Assembly (NCBI GenBank): GCA_046563655.1
Contig: CM102285.1
Coordinates: forward strand, 124,001 to 188,000
Source of the DNA: Yuukianura sp. NJ FZ-2021
Lineage: Eukaryota
Length of the DNA stretch: 64,000 bases
Reading direction: 5' to 3'
Part shown: one piece after another, positions 24,401 to 39,400 of the stretch
How the letters are laid out: each line of letters begins with the position of its first letter
How positions within the stretch are numbered: position 1 is the stretch's first letter
Translations under genes and position numbers: made by a program
Notes under the pieces: generated by a model
What the model saw: only the letters and a program-made list of their open reading frames with translations
Told to the model about the DNA's origin: nothing
Database searches by the model: none

Positions 24401-27400
24401 ATTGGGTCAACAGGAATTGCATCAACACTAATTTGCTCAACTCCCAACACCTCAACTTCAAAAACTACCCCAGACTACGCTAGTGGAAAAACCACCAACA
24501 ATCAATTGATCAACTGGAGAACATCCATTTCGAACCAATTCCAAGTTGATCTATTTCGAACCAATTTTTCATTTGACATTATTTTTCCCAATTTCCCCGT
24601 TGATTTTATTTCGAACCAATTCAAAAGTTGATGAATCTTGGTTCGACCAATTTCGGCAAAAGTTGATGCATTTGAGTTGGACCAATTTCTAAGTTGCGCT
24701 ACATGAGTTGATCCAATTTGTGTTGAACCAATGGCGCGCTGGTGTCCATACCCTCTAAAGACGTTAACTTTTAAAGTAAAAGCTGAAGCGGGAGGGCAGT
24801 TTCTTAGAATAGACTTTTCCTTTTGAGCTCAATTGAAATGGGGCCCTTAGTTCAGATGGGCACTCACAAACAAATTACTTGACACCGAAGACGTCACACT
24901 GAACAACGAAAACAATGGCCAAGATTACAGAGTTTTTAGCATTTAAGAGTCACGAATGCAACTTCATGCGCACCAAACTTATTCATTTTCAAAATTTAAG
25001 CTCTCTTCACAAATCCTCTTTTCTGCTTCTCTAACGTGAGACTTAATCCACTAACACCTCTTCTTTTCGAAATTTCATGTCGAAACCAAAATTTTTGAAA
25101 AAAATGAGCCTTTTTTTCTCAAAACACTGCGTGTGAACTGTAAAGCATATGAAACTTAGGACTCTGAAAACCAAAATTTTTGTAGCCAGTAATTGGTCTT
25201 TTTTTGAAACAAAAGTTTTCTAATCTAGCAGTAGTTTTTCGTTCTTCAAAAATTCCAACAACTAGGAATTTCTTGTTTCAATTTTTTGGGAAAACTTTCT
25301 TTTTTCAACTTTTTTTTTCAAAATGGCTAATGAGAACTGTAAGCTTTTACTTTAACCCGCAAAAATTACTTTTCAACGGACAGCGAAAGTTTCAAAAAAG
25401 TGTTTTCATGTCATTCGTGCCAAAAGGTGCATTTTTTTTTTCAAAAAACTAACTTTTCTAACTCTTAAAAAGAAAATGAGGATTTCGACTTTGACTTAGC
25501 GGGAGTTTTTGAAATTTCGTGAGTCTTTGTTCATTTTCTGAGAAGACGGAAAATATGAAGGAGATGAGCAGATGTCGTCCACTGAAAAGAATAAAATGAA
25601 ATTCCATTTCCAGAAAATGAAAAAAGAAAGAAATTTTCCCAAAAAACGAAAAATTTCGGGAAAAGAAGAGCGAACGTTGCGGTCGGGTGTCATTAATCTC
25701 ATAAGAGTCCCATTGTTCCTCTTGTTCTGGAAACTTGACCCCTGGAGTGACCTATCTAGTGACATTTTCAGAAAATAAAATTTTCAAAAAAAAATGACCG
25801 AGTATGATAAATTTTGATTTTGGAAGATTGGTTTGTGTTCTAACATTGTCCTCTGAGTGTCAGTAATTGAACTTGTCACAAAAACGGATTCAATTTTTCT
25901 CTATACTTAACTCTTTTTGTCTAAAAAAATGATTGATGATGATAAAACTTCGACATGCGGGAAAACCAATAAAAAAAAACTACATTTGAAAAAACGTACA
26001 CGTACACGTCAACACGTCCAAAAAAGTTCAACAAACACGTTTCATCAACAACGCATTTCATCCACATTTCCAAGATATCTTTTCAATGCTTCTTAAAAGT
26101 TAAACGGCTTTTGCCCATGATAAAGCCAAAAAACCGATATTTCTGAGCAAAACCGCTTTTAACTTGAGAAGACCCGTTTTAACATGAAATGAACCTGATT
26201 TTCCTCTGGATAAATATCAAGGTTCCTTGACAACCGAATTGTACGATAGGTTGTCTAATAACTCGTGGTTTGCAAAAATTTTGTTTAAAATAATTTTCCC
26301 TCTCAATTTTTCCTCAATTCCAATTGCTTGACTTGAAAATAATTACCATAAAATTTTTCAACAAAATAAAAAAGATCGAGTTATTGGACAACCTGGTGCA
26401 GAAAAACATTTTCTTACAGACCTTGATAAATCTGATTTTTGACTAAATAAAACCGGTTTTATCCGGCTTTGACATGGACTGGCTTTATTCACGGTGAAAA
26501 GTAGACTAAATTTTGTTCTCTTTTTTCAAAGTATCGTTTGGATTTGCGATTGTGGCCAAAAGAAGATCACTTTTTAGCTAGCAGGGAAGCTGGACACTGG
26601 TGGCGCTCTTTTTTTTTGAAAGATTGAAAGCCCGCCAAGGTTTGAATCCAATTTAAAGACGAAATGGACTGAACAGCAGGAGAAAATTGTCTTTTTGGAA
26701 TTGAAGAGGGAAGAGGTGAAAGAGGACTTCAATTTTCCTCTTGGACCAAATCAAGATGAAGAGATAGAATTGGCACAAGATTTCAAATTGGGAGGTCGTT
26801 CCCGCTTTTTTCAAATTCGACTTGTCTGTTTTCTTGGTAAAAGTAAGGAATGATGTCATAAGATGAACACATTTTGCCAAGAAAACATTACGCGAAGAGA
26901 AAGGAAAAATTAGAGTGAAATTGTGTCCACTTTGGGTGACAGGTCGTGTGGCGCTTAATTTAAAAACAAATTGTTTCATCACCATCATATTTTTCCAATT
27001 TCCCTCCAATTTTCTCTTTTTCTCTAACCTAATCAAAAACCTACTCAAAACAAAACCTAACATAAAAGCAGTTAGAGCAGAAGTTAGAGCTTAGCTAGAA
27101 AATCAAATCAGACAAAAAAAAACGAACGCCGAATCTAATTCTTCTTGCATCCGTATGTCAGCTTCCTCGTTATTTTTTTCAATTCTAATAGAAAGAAAAC
27201 TCAATTTTTTAAAAAATTTTTAGTTGTTGTTTTCCTGTTTTTAAATTTTGAAATTTCCCCTTAAGAGATTGTAGTAATTTCCGAATTTCAAATTGAAATC
27301 TTTTTCCAAAATTCTTCCTTAAAAAAGTTTTCACTCTTTTTCTTACTTTTCGAAAAAGTCATTTTTGATTTTTATGGTTCATAACTCGAGCCGTGCCGAA

Positions 27401-30400
27401 AGACACGACTTTATGGATAATGTGCCCATCTCTCCCGCTTCTCGTTACAAAAATCATAGTGACATCTCAGCATAACCTAACATTCTTAGAGTCTAACCTA
27501 ACATTTTTAGAACATAACCTAACATTTTTGAAACATAGCCTAACATTTTGTGAGAATAGCCTAACAATTGGAGTCGTAATTGTGTGTCAAGCATCTTCCG
27601 CTCACTTTTCAAATCCTTCCGCCATTTCTACTCTCACAGAAACTGAAGGAAACTTTTGAATTATGGCGCCAACTCAGAAAAAAAGTGAAAGCAGAGCGGA
27701 ATGTCAAAAACAAAGCGATTTCTTATTTAATGAACGGAGAGTTACTGGGGCGAAAAGAGACATTTCCTAAAGTCCTCTCCAGACACGCACACTTTCACTA
27801 CTTTCACTTCACTCAAAGTCATATGCACAACCTAACCTAACAACAAAATGTCACTAACATAACATAACAAAATTTTAATAGCCTAACCTCACTTTAACAT
27901 AACTTTTATCACAACAATTTCTAACTAATAACTCAACTTCAAACTAATCTTTTCTTAATATAGTTTTTAAACAAACATATAAAAAAAATCTGTTAACATA
28001 TTTTTTTAAGCAGGTTTTTGACCATTTAGAAAACAATTGTAATTTTTTTAATTCAAAACGTCCAAGGTCAAACTCTTGTTAAAAATAAGGTTGGTTTGTT
28101 ATGCTGCAAGGGTGTTAATTTTCATTGTTGAACTTTGACATAACCTAAAAGGAAGCACGAACTTCATTAACTAACTTAACTTCATAGTCTAACAACTTTA
28201 GACTTTCAGAAAGGAAGAAAGGACAAAATTCCTGAAAATTTCATGTTTTTGATGAAAATTAATTAGTGTTTTTTTCGTTTATTAAAAAGTGCAAATTGGT
28301 TTTAATTTCCGAGAAACCTTTACCTACCCCAACTTTGTGTTCACACGCCTACGCACGACCTTCTGAATTCCAATTTTCCTGTTTTTCAAAAAACTTGATT
28401 TCAAAAAGTATTTCATCTTTTAATTAATTTCTTTGTCTTCCTTACAAATAACTCGGAGTGCTAAAAATAAATAGTAGCCTAGGTCAGGTTTCTCCAAAAA
28501 GCAACTTTCTTCTTTTCTTCCGCAAGAAACGCAAAACTCCTCCTTTTTTAGAATAAAGTGGAAAGTTTTTCTTAAAAAAAGTCTCTTTTTTTAAAAAGTG
28601 GAGTGAAATGGAGGAGAAAGTGGGCCGGCGGGAAAGTTTGAAACTGGTTTACTTTTCGCGCCAACGTGAGTTTTGGTGAAATAATAATGACATGAAATGA
28701 CATGGCTGTTCAACTTCAAACGGAATTTGGTGGAGACTTGTCTCAGGGGCCCTTAAACTTTTCAACTTTGTTCAAGCGTAAGGGACGTTTTCTGGAAAAG
28801 TAGCCCTCCAAAGGGCCCCTTTTATGAGTGACACTTTTTGAAAAAATTTTGACTTGAAATATTAACGCTCGGATCTAATCTTGCATAGCAAATTTAACGA
28901 TAACGACATCATAATCTGAACTACGGTGTGTTTCACTCAATTTAACCGAAAAAATGACAATTCAAAAAGAATTCAAATTCAAAAACAATTTGTTCCAAAT
29001 TTTAAAAGTTTACATTTTTTGTTGAAAACTGGGTTTCATGTTAGTACTTTGTTTTTTGAAGCTTTTGAAATATTTTCAAAATGGGGGCAAGTGAAACTAG
29101 GATTTTGGAATTTAAAAAGCAGGAAATAAGGAATGAAGGAAGAGGTTTATATTTATTATTTTTAAAATTTTTGCGACGCAAAGGCGAAACTTAAGTGGAT
29201 TTCCAATATTCTCGGTGGAGTTTGATTCAAAATTTGAATTTTGAAAATTACTTTCATATTTCCATTTCTATTTTCCGAATTTCAATCTATTTGACGTCAA
29301 ATGATATCCGCGGGGAATTGGATTTTTGCCTTTGATCTTCTGTGCCTTTTGTATTTCGAAATACAATGTCTGGTGTAACCTACTTTGTTCGTTTGTAGTA
29401 TTTTTTGTAGTGATTTTGTGTAGTCTGGCATATGATTCGTATTTTGCGTACGATTGAACTATTTTTGTCATCAAAAAGGATTTGAGCTTTGAAAAAGTAG
29501 GGTTCAACCGCAACTGAAAACATGTTGGAGTAGGTCGCGCTCGTTTTTTGAAAAAAAATCTGCGTCTGGTAAAAAGGTGGCACAGAAGTACCGATGGCGA
29601 CAAAAAATTAATTTTGTTTGGAATTTTATCTGTGTAGATTGAAATATTTAATACTTAAATTTGAGTGGTTAACTTCTTACAGTGTGAACAGACAGACGGG
29701 CATTCAAATGAGGACGGACGGACACACTCACACAAGTAAAATTTTATATGTACAAATTCAGAAATTGTGACGTTCAAGGATCACATGACTTGAGCGACAA
29801 AGAACTAGAGTATAGGAAAAATAAAGCACAAAGTAGGATTCGAACCCATGTCTCTTCTATCGCGGAAGCACTCTAACCAGTGAGCCATCAGGCCCCATTC
29901 TACAAACACTCAAAAGATGGAGCAATTGCAAGACAAAGATGTTGACCGGTAGGCAGAAAAAAACATTTGACAGACAGACGGACATGCAAAACTGATTTAT
30001 TATTGTAGCTTTCACATAATGAAGTGACCTGAATACTCATAAAATTGTATAGTCAAAGCCCGCGTATTTTTTATTTCAAATAGAAGTTCAAAGGTAGGAT
30101 TTTCTTTGTTGCATGGAATTTGTTTACAAACAATCCAAGGGTGATCCGTTTCCTCGAATTTACGTTTTTGAAAGTTCGCGGGCTGAAGGGAGTCGTGCGG
30201 TTTGCGGTTTCTGTTACTGCACCACACTCTTGCTACTGCTGGTCAAAATGAAAGTACTTCTAGAGTTAGATTCCTACGATACGATTTTTGAAATTTGAAA
30301 AGTGCGCGCCATTTGGAAATTGAAACTTGTGGTGTAAGTGTGGGATTTGTGTGGGTTTGGTTTTTAGTAGCTTTGGACGGAATGAGAGTAATAAATAAAC

Positions 30401-33400
30401 TGTTGCCATCAAAATGTCTTCCTTATCTTCCCACCCACAACTCACACCGAGAAAGGAGAGCGGGATTTTCAAAAAAGAAGCCCGGGTTGTAAAAAACGGG
30501 CAAATTGAGAGGATAAGTCGGCTGGTCACAGATGAGAAAATGACCACTTCATATTTAGGGCAGTTCAAATAAAACGGACTCATTCATTCAAAACCGATTT
30601 TTCAAAAAAAACGCTGCTGCCCGTGACAAATTTTATTGGGTGAGATTACGGCGGGAAACCTTGAATGAATTTTTTTGAATATTTTGGCCCACGCGCCAAA
30701 CTCAAGTCAATTTATTACCACACCTTATGTGTTTACTGTTCCGCTATTGTTTTAGGAAAGCTGCGGGGTGCTGTGCCTACTCTTTCGTTATTGTTTTAGA
30801 AAAGCTGAAACCTGTGATGCGGGGTGCCTGCATTTCGCTATTGTTTTAGAAAAACTAAAAGCTGTTGGGTGTTTGAACACCCCACAGCTTTAAGGTTTGC
30901 TAAAACAATAGCGAAAAATAATCACGCTCCAGCTTTTAGTTTTGCTAAAACAATAGCGAAAACGTAATCAGCTCAACTATTGTTTTAAGGAATTTAAAAG
31001 CTGTGGGGTGTTCACTTTTTCGCTATTGTTTTAGGAAAACTAAAAGGCGAAAACGTAATCAGCTCAACTATTGTTTTAAGGAATTTAAAAGCTGTGGGGT
31101 GTTCACTTTTTCGCTATTGTTTTAGGAAAACTAAAAGCTGTGGGGTGTTTACTTTTTTGCTATTGTTTTAGAAAACTAAAAGCTATGGGGTGTCGTCACT
31201 TCTGACCATTTTCGATCGATCCTTGGAAAATTTCCAACTAAATTTCAATTTCCCTGGAAAATTGGAAATAGAATTATTCTGGAGAATAAATGAAAGAAAA
31301 ACGCGTAATTTTGAAATGACAGGAAATGAAAATAAGAAGCTCCAGAAAAAAATTACAAAGCGCGCCCAAAATCAGCCAAATGAAGCCAATTTGAATTGAA
31401 TTTTCACTTGAAAAAAAAATCCTTCTTTTTTGTGTCATCAAGCGTTGAGTTCAATCTGGTACTGTAATCAGTTTTCTACGACGTAGAACCCATTCAATCA
31501 AAATCCTTATTTTTTAAATTGAACTTTAGAAAAAAAACGGTAGCCTTTTAACAACGAAACACTTTTCTTTCAGGAACAAATCAGTATTTCCATGCTCTTT
31601 CATTATGGTTTTAGAAATTCTGTTTAAACTGAGATTTTCAGAACTTGTTAACGTCTCGAACTTTGTTGTTTTAAAAACTAGTTTTTGAAAACATTTCATA
31701 CGAAAACCTTGTTTTGGAAAATTTTGAATCCCAATTATATGAAAGCAATTTTCTGGAAATTTCTAACTTTTCGCAGCACTATGAGAAACTATGTTTTCAT
31801 TCATCAATCATGATTGTGTTCAAAGCTTCAAATGAGGGCCTTTTCAAATTTTGAAATTCCAAAAGCGCGTCAAAATTTCTTGTTTCGAACAAACTCGAAA
31901 CTTCGTATTGTGTGACAAGGTTTATTAATTACGTCACCTTTCACTCCATATGCTTAGCATTTGGATTTCAGAGGAATGTGATGAGGTCGTTGACGTCAAG
32001 GTTAGGCTAAGGTTAGGTTACGTTAGGCTAACATGTTAACCTAACGCGTTGTTCTTTTGTGGTGTCAGGGGAAATGGAACTTTGAATTTGAATGAAATCC
32101 ATCTCCCGCCCAAACCTTGCTCTCCGAATACAAAAGTTTAATCAACCCACATGATTCTGCGAACATTCAAAAATGAAACCAACCGCCCTTGAACTGAACA
32201 CAAAGAAGAACAGTCTCAAATCACCCCAACCAGATCCATTTCATTAATTAATTAAATTTCTACATTTCAAACTTATACTTAAAAGACGAGTGGGCTCAAG
32301 GTTAGTTTTTCACTGTAAGCAGCAAATGTCAGAGTTATTTTTAAACCCACGATTTTGAAATTCGCACGAATTTTGAATTTCACACGAATTTTGGGAAAGT
32401 GTTATTTGAAACTCGGGAGCATCAAAGTCAAGGACCGGATAAGATTACATCTTTAGTCATGGAGAAGTGTTTCAGTTTTTAAAAGCGTTTTTTAAGCCGC
32501 GAGCTTTTTAAAAAATTTAAACACGGAGACAAAAACGCGCCATTGAACTTTCCATTGTTTAAATTAAAATTTGGTGACTCTCGAGTTAAAAAAAAGTTGG
32601 AAGGATAAAGTGACTTTTTTCAAAAAGTTTTAAATTCTAGGACCATTAACAAAAATAATTTAAACTTTCCGGGGTGTTATTTAACCTTGGTCATTTCTCG
32701 CGCTTTGGGTGCGCAACTTTTGAAATTGGACTTTTGAATTAAAAGCTTAGTCATGACTAGAGTAAAGAGGTTAAAGTTAATTAAAACCGGAGAAAATCAG
32801 ACAAGGAACAAAGATTACTCTAACTTACACTTTTAAAAAGTTTTTTTTTGGCGCGCTTTTTGTCCGGGCTCAACTTGGCGGTAAATGATTCGAATTTAAA
32901 TTCTGCGGGCGCGTGTAGGACTGAATACAAAATTTACGACTTTCGAATGACGAACTGCACTAAAAGTGAAAACGTGAAAGTGAAAGCCCCTTTCACTAAA
33001 ATGTTCAAAATGTACAAAGTAGCTCAAAAGTGTGATTTACAAAGTCAGAAATACGTAGTTTAAGGACAAACTGACTATTTCGAGCGAAAAAAATATGAGC
33101 AACGCTGTACTTTTTTGACTTTTGCTAAAAATGTGCCCTCATTTCTTTGGTTATTGAAATTGCCGCCAAAAAATTTCAAAATTTATTGCATTTTTATTGC
33201 ACCCGTGAATGTCTATTCTATCACTTTCTGTTCAGAAGTTACGTGAACCACATATACTGACTTTTTGGTTTACTTTTGAAATTTTGATTCCAATCTCGAA
33301 TTTCAAAATTTCGAAGCTGTGTTTCATAATTTTCTAAACAGCTTTTAAAACGTGTTGTGCAATTTTCTAAACAGCTTTTTAAAAAATGGGTTGCGTATTC

Positions 33401-36400
33401 TTTTAAGTGATTTTTGTAAGACCTTTTATTTAAAAAAAAACTCGAGAAAGAATTTGTAATTTGAGCCCTATTCTGAAAATTAGTTTGAATTTTTTGAAAT
33501 TTTGACAAAAATGAAACCTGATTCGCTACGGCACTTCACTTACAAATTCAACAAAGGATTAACAGCATCATTTTCTAAAAACATTTCGGATTTTGAGATC
33601 TCTTGTTAATAATTTCCCGCCGTTTCTTCACTTTTCCTTTTCTTCAATTTATCGAATTAATGAGGGAAGATGGATTTCAAATTTCGGCTAATTAAGAAAG
33701 CTTTCTTTTTTGAAACTTTCCGCTTGTGCAGATTCTTAATTTTAAAAGTTCTCTTTTTGATCATACGTATATTTGAGCATAACAAAACGGAGAGTGATTT
33801 GGGGCCATTGACATTGACAGTGCTGTTAGTGACACTCGAAAACAAAAAGTTTCTTAAGAAAAAAATTCATTTTCAAAAAATTTTTCAGACCGGAACATTT
33901 CTCTTTCCACGCCTTTTTTCGTGCTCAACTAGCAGAAATTTTATTAGTTTTAGGTGCAACCTGAGACTTTTTTAAGACAATTTTAATTAGGCGACACGCC
34001 ACTTGCTTTGACTTTGAAAAAGTCACACACGCTTTACTTGTTTGTATTCCATTTTATTAAAAGGCGCACATTTTGAAATGCATTTTTGAAGTTTAATTTT
34101 CTCAAAAGCTAATTCGTCACAGCTTTGAACTTTCAATTCTTCAGTTTTTAATTTTATACACTTTACAACAAAGTTGCAGGAAGATTGCAATTTGTTTTTC
34201 ACAAACTTGCAGTTCTGGTTGTCCACTTCATGTTTTAGTTTTCACAAAAGTAAAATAGAAATCAAATTCCATACAACTTGAGAGCATTTTTTTTTCGTTT
34301 TAAAAACTTGTAGATGTCGGTTATTTTAAGCTCGTGGCACAAAATCAACCATATTTTGAAAACACTGGGAAGGAATGTCACGTTTTTCTTAAATTTCTGC
34401 TAAAGTTAGACAAAGTTGCAACAAAAATGACGAAAGTTTTGTAAGATTTCTAGTAAAATCTAAGGACTTAGCGTGGGAGGTCGAGAGGTCACATGACTTC
34501 TCGTCACGCGCTAAAACAAAAGTTAAATTAAAAGTTAAGAGGTCTGAGTGTTGCAAAAGTAAACAGCACACAGGAAACCGAATTGAGCCAATTTAATCTC
34601 CACTCCGCCATTCACTTTCAAGAGAAATCACGCTTTGCAGACACGTGCTTTACGATTTAAAGAAATTTCTGGACTTTTGAATTCTGCAATGAGAAATTTT
34701 GAATTAAAAAAAAAATTGGAGAATTTGGAGTTTTTAAATTGACATTTTTGACTTTTCAGATTGAGCAGTTGACATTCCTTGGCTTCCTTTTCTTCATGAT
34801 TGTCATTGGAAACTCAGCAGTTCTTGCTGCTCTCATCCTCACGAAAACCCCAAGGAAATCCAGAATGAACTTCTTCATCATGCACCTTGCTTTGGCTGGT
34901 AAGCTTACTAGAATAACCTAATCTTAACCTAAACTAAGCAGTCGTAACATAATTTAAACCTCAACTTAAATTATCACAACGTAAAAAGTCGAACTGGCTA
35001 CCAAAATAATTGGAAAAACTTTTAAAAAAAAAGAAAAAACTTTTCAAAGAAATCAATTTCAAAATGTGAATTTCTTAAAAAAAGTGGTTAATCCTACTTT
35101 ACGCGAGGGGGTGGGGTGGGGGTGCGGAACTTCGGAAATCAATGGCAACTGTCTGGAGAGGGGAGGGGCTGAGAAAGTTGGGGGGGAGGGGGGCAAAGTG
35201 TGGTGAAAAGTAATGTAGACCTGAGAGTGGGGGGTTGCGAAACTTTGCAAATCAATTACACCCGTCTAGGAGGGGAGGAGGGGGTGAAAGGTGCGAAAAG
35301 TCCTTAAGTGCCTTAAGTGACCATGTTTCTAGACTTTGATTTTCCAATTTAAGAAAAATGTCGTATCGATAGCCAAACTTTTCTGTTATCGTTAAACTCT
35401 TTGGACTTTGAGAGAGAAAAAGAGCGGAAAAAGTTGTAGTTTCAAAGTCTAACTTCTTCGCTTTTTTGGCGGGGTCAGACAGTAACCACTTCGGTTGTGT
35501 TTGTTTATTCTTGATTTTCAAAAGAAAGTGAAATGAACAAACAGAAGAAAAGAGAGGGAAAAGTTGAAGAAGAAAAAGGAGGAAAAGCACTTTGATTCAA
35601 AAAGATCTGGGAAAAGCTGTAAAGTGAACGAAAGAAAAAGAAGAGAGGGAGAGCAATGACACTTTGACTGAGGAGAAAAATGTTTTACTTTTCTTAAGAC
35701 TTTTATTTCCACTTTTCTGCTTTTCCAAAAACTTTAACTTCCACTCAATCGAACTTTTTGAACAAAAAATCTAAAAATATTTTGGTTGTCTGAAAGAAAC
35801 AAACAAAATTTTTTGTCTGTAATGTTGCGAAAACAAATTTTGAGTATGCAATGTTGCCATTTTTCTACTTTTATGCTTTTTTTATCTGCAATGTTGCCAT
35901 TTTCAAAAATATTTCTTTGTCTGCAATGTTGCCATTAAAAAAAAAATTCTCTTTTTCGTCTGTATATTGCCATTTTTAAATATTTCCATCTTTATGTCTG
36001 TAATGTTGCCATTTTTAAAAATATTTCATCTGTATGCAAAGTTGCCATTTTTGATACTTTCATGTATTTTTTCTGGAATGTTGCTAATTTCTCTATTTTC
36101 ATGTTTTTTTATTTGCAACGTTGCCATTACTAATATTTTTGTCTGCAATGTTGCCACTTTTTTTTAACATTTCATCCTTTTTTCTCAAGAAGGACGTAAA
36201 TGCGTGTAAAAGTGGAGAACATAAAGCATTGTCATTGTGTTTCTTGTTGGCAGCGGTCTTTGGCTTCTCTTTGAATGAGGTTGAGGTAACATGTTTTTCC
36301 GGGCATTTTTTGGCCGGGAGGGGAGGGGGCATTTCCCGTCTTCTTTGGGATATTAAATGGGTAAATTTGAGTTTCTGGCCTCCATCCATACTCTCCTCCT

Positions 36401-39400
36401 TGTTTCCTTCCTTCCGGTGTGCTAAGGATGGGCACATTCTGGTGTCAACATCCCATAAATCTCCCTTTCTCCATTTATCTCCCTGGAGAGACCGTGGACC
36501 CCTTCTGACCTCATCATCATGACCTCACCACCAACAACAAACTACTTCTGCCAAGCATAAGCGGCTTACTCCACAAATAACATACACTTCCCCTTAAACC
36601 CCCTCCAAAGCTCCGTTTTCGCGCTAAAAGCGCGCAAAATCTATTTTTCCCATCCAAAAGAACATTAGCTTCCAAGACGCTGCAAATCACTTCTCAAGTC
36701 CAGCACACTGGAGACATTCAAAATCCGTTTCGCTTTGAGCGAAATATTTAAAAAAATGATGAAAACTGGAAAAAGGAAAGCGCGGGAGAGCGGCGAGGAA
36801 AAAAAAAGAAAACTCGAAAACCCCTAAAGTTAGAATTCAAAAACAAAGAAAATTAAGTATGTTTTTTGATAGACTTATGTCCACCTGTACAAATACAAAC
36901 CAAAGTAAACAACACAAATTCACTACAAAAACAATGGTTAAAGTGTCAAACCGGGAAAAAGTAAACCAAAACAAAATAATCTTCCTAAAAATATCAAAAG
37001 AACAACAAGATTTTCAAAAAAAAAAAGACTTTTACCGCTTGAATCATTTTTTATATCAAGAGAATGCTGTGCGTTAGTGCTGAGGCGTCGCCTAAGACCA
37101 AATTCTTTCAATTTTGTTTTTTTAAAATAGCCGTTGAATTTCATTTTCAAAATTATGAAAACCAATTAGTACCTTGACCTGATTCACACAGACTTACACA
37201 AAATCATTTTTTCATACGAACAGAAAATCACAGATTTCTTTAGTATTTAGATCTCTGCCATCTCTTTGACACCGAATTTGCCCTTTATGCACCGAATTTG
37301 ACTTTTGTGCACCAAATTTGTTACTTGTGTCAAACTTTTTTTTTTATACTCGACCCCTGGCTTTTTTGTCACTCAAATGCCGGGAGCCCCAAGTGTCGCA
37401 TGTCACTTCCAACTTCCGGAGAACACATCCTCCGCAGCAGTATCACCGCCGCGGTGTTTCCAAATTCCAACAAAACTTGTTTCTCAAGAAGCAAATAAAA
37501 CTTTTGCGGAGGATGAACAACAGTTGTTGACACAAAAAGAACAACAACATGCTTACAAAAGTGCTTGAAGGGAGCTTACGAACTTGTTCAAAGTTTATTC
37601 CACTTCCTCCTTCCCGTGAAATCTCAAATTCCTGCCCATCATCATGCCAAAGGACGCATTCAAAATTACAAAACAGAAAAGGAGACGTTTGAAGGACTTT
37701 TAATTTTAAAAAATGCAATTTTAAAAATTCCCCTCTTCTCAAAAGTCAAGTATACGTCACAGCTTGCTTAAATTCCAACTTTCAACTTCACGGTAGAAGT
37801 TTACTTAAAAATTCCTGAGCCAAAGGACAAAATGGTTTGAAAACATTTTGTACTTTTAGGTAAACACAATTTACCTAAGCAGAAATTCCGTAAAAATTTA
37901 CGTAAATGTAAATAAGTTGCGTAGTTGTAGATTTACATAAATTAGTTAAAAAAAACTCATGTTGATGGAATTGCTGCTTAGGTAATGTTTGTGTACCAAA
38001 AAGTGCTAAACGCAGAAATAATAATTATTTCTATTTTTTTAATTTATTGCTTTTCTTGTTTCGGGAAAGTGAAGGTTTAATTAGCTGCTGCTACTTATAA
38101 TTTATGGGCGGGAGTTTTCGAAAAAAAAAATATTATTATTTATTTATTTATTTGAATTTTCGAAATTTGAATTCAGGCGCGTAGGCGATGTTTCATAAAG
38201 TGTCTAAAACTGGATTTAAGTTGAGAAATTTTATACTTTTTCAAAATCTCGTGTTACGTGTGCTGGATGCAAAAGCTTTTTCGTAATTAAAAAAAACTGC
38301 AAAGGCGTTTAATTAAAATGGAACTGTGTCTGCTCTAGGTTATGTTTTAAGTAGGGTCTTATAACACACAAGGTTAAGTACCATTGTTTGCACACTTTGT
38401 CAAATTTAATATTTAAACTAAAAGTTTATTACGCTTTCCAAGAAAAACGTTAACACTTTTTTTTTTCAAAATTTTAGATCTGGGCGTGGGACTCATCAAC
38501 GTTCTTTCTGACTTTCTCTGGAAAGTCACCGTGACTTGGTACGCAGGAAATTTTGGATGCAAATTTGTCAAATACTTTCAGGTAAAATTTCGAAAATTTT
38601 TTGAATTTGTACTGTGAAACGTAAATTTTGAGAAATTTTGGCTCAACAAGAGTCCAAGTTTTTCGAAATCGGTTTTTAAACATTTCCGCTCTAATTTCTC
38701 TTTTAGTAGAAAATTTACGGAGGAATTAAACGGTTGATAAGTTTGGAATTTGTGATGCTTTTCGCCAAGAATTTTTGGCAAATGCAAAAGTTACGCACAA
38801 AATTGTGTAAATGAGTTCAGAGACTCAAATTTTTGAAAAGTAAACCAAAATAACGCCTTTTGTCTCGCCAGCTTTTGTTTCTGTCAAAACAAAAATGTGG
38901 GAAACGAAAAACAAAATTCGGCTGAAAATAAAGTTCAGAAATAGCCGGATATTTTTTTTGAACTGGTTAGAATTGAGTAAAAATGAGATGAAATAAGCGT
39001 AAAACCAGAATAACTTCATTTCATACTTAATTTTTCACAGTGCACATGGTACAGAGCGTGACAGAGAAAAATGAGCCGAAGGAGGGAACTTTTGAATAAT
39101 TCCCATTTTCAGCCCAAAACCAAAAAACGAGCAAGTCTTTGCCAAAATAAATTTTAATCATCCTAATCCATATCTGTATAGTAGTAGAGAGCAGCAAAAT
39201 TCTACAAGTTCTCTCATTAGTTGTGAAGATGTTTCCAAATTTTAATCACAACTTGAGTTTTACTCGATTAATACCACATTGTCCTCTGAGATGATAAATA
39301 TTAACAAAACTTCATTTTCAATATGTTCAATTCTTAACACAGATTTCTAGCTGTAGTATGTTAGTTTTAATTTTGATCACATCATTACTTTTGTTCGATT

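Noticed and set aside
25678-25760. [17 protein letters not shown] resembling GPCR TM2 (duplicate exon?)
   Set aside because: Lies upstream of exon 2, has no suitable splice sites, and the similarity is weak.
29829-29896. Functional tRNA gene
   Set aside because: Acceptor stem unpaired and anticodon arm defective; kept only as a SINE head or pseudogene.
32429-32689. CAAGGACCGGATAAG...AACCTTG as a further family A MITE
   Set aside because: Ends are suggestive, but no TSD and no clear sub-terminal inverted motif, so not listed as a feature.
37251-37500. AG|ATCTCTGC (DLC...) as an alternative GPCR exon 3
   Set aside because: No TM2/ECL1 similarity after three residues; the true exon is 38478-38581.
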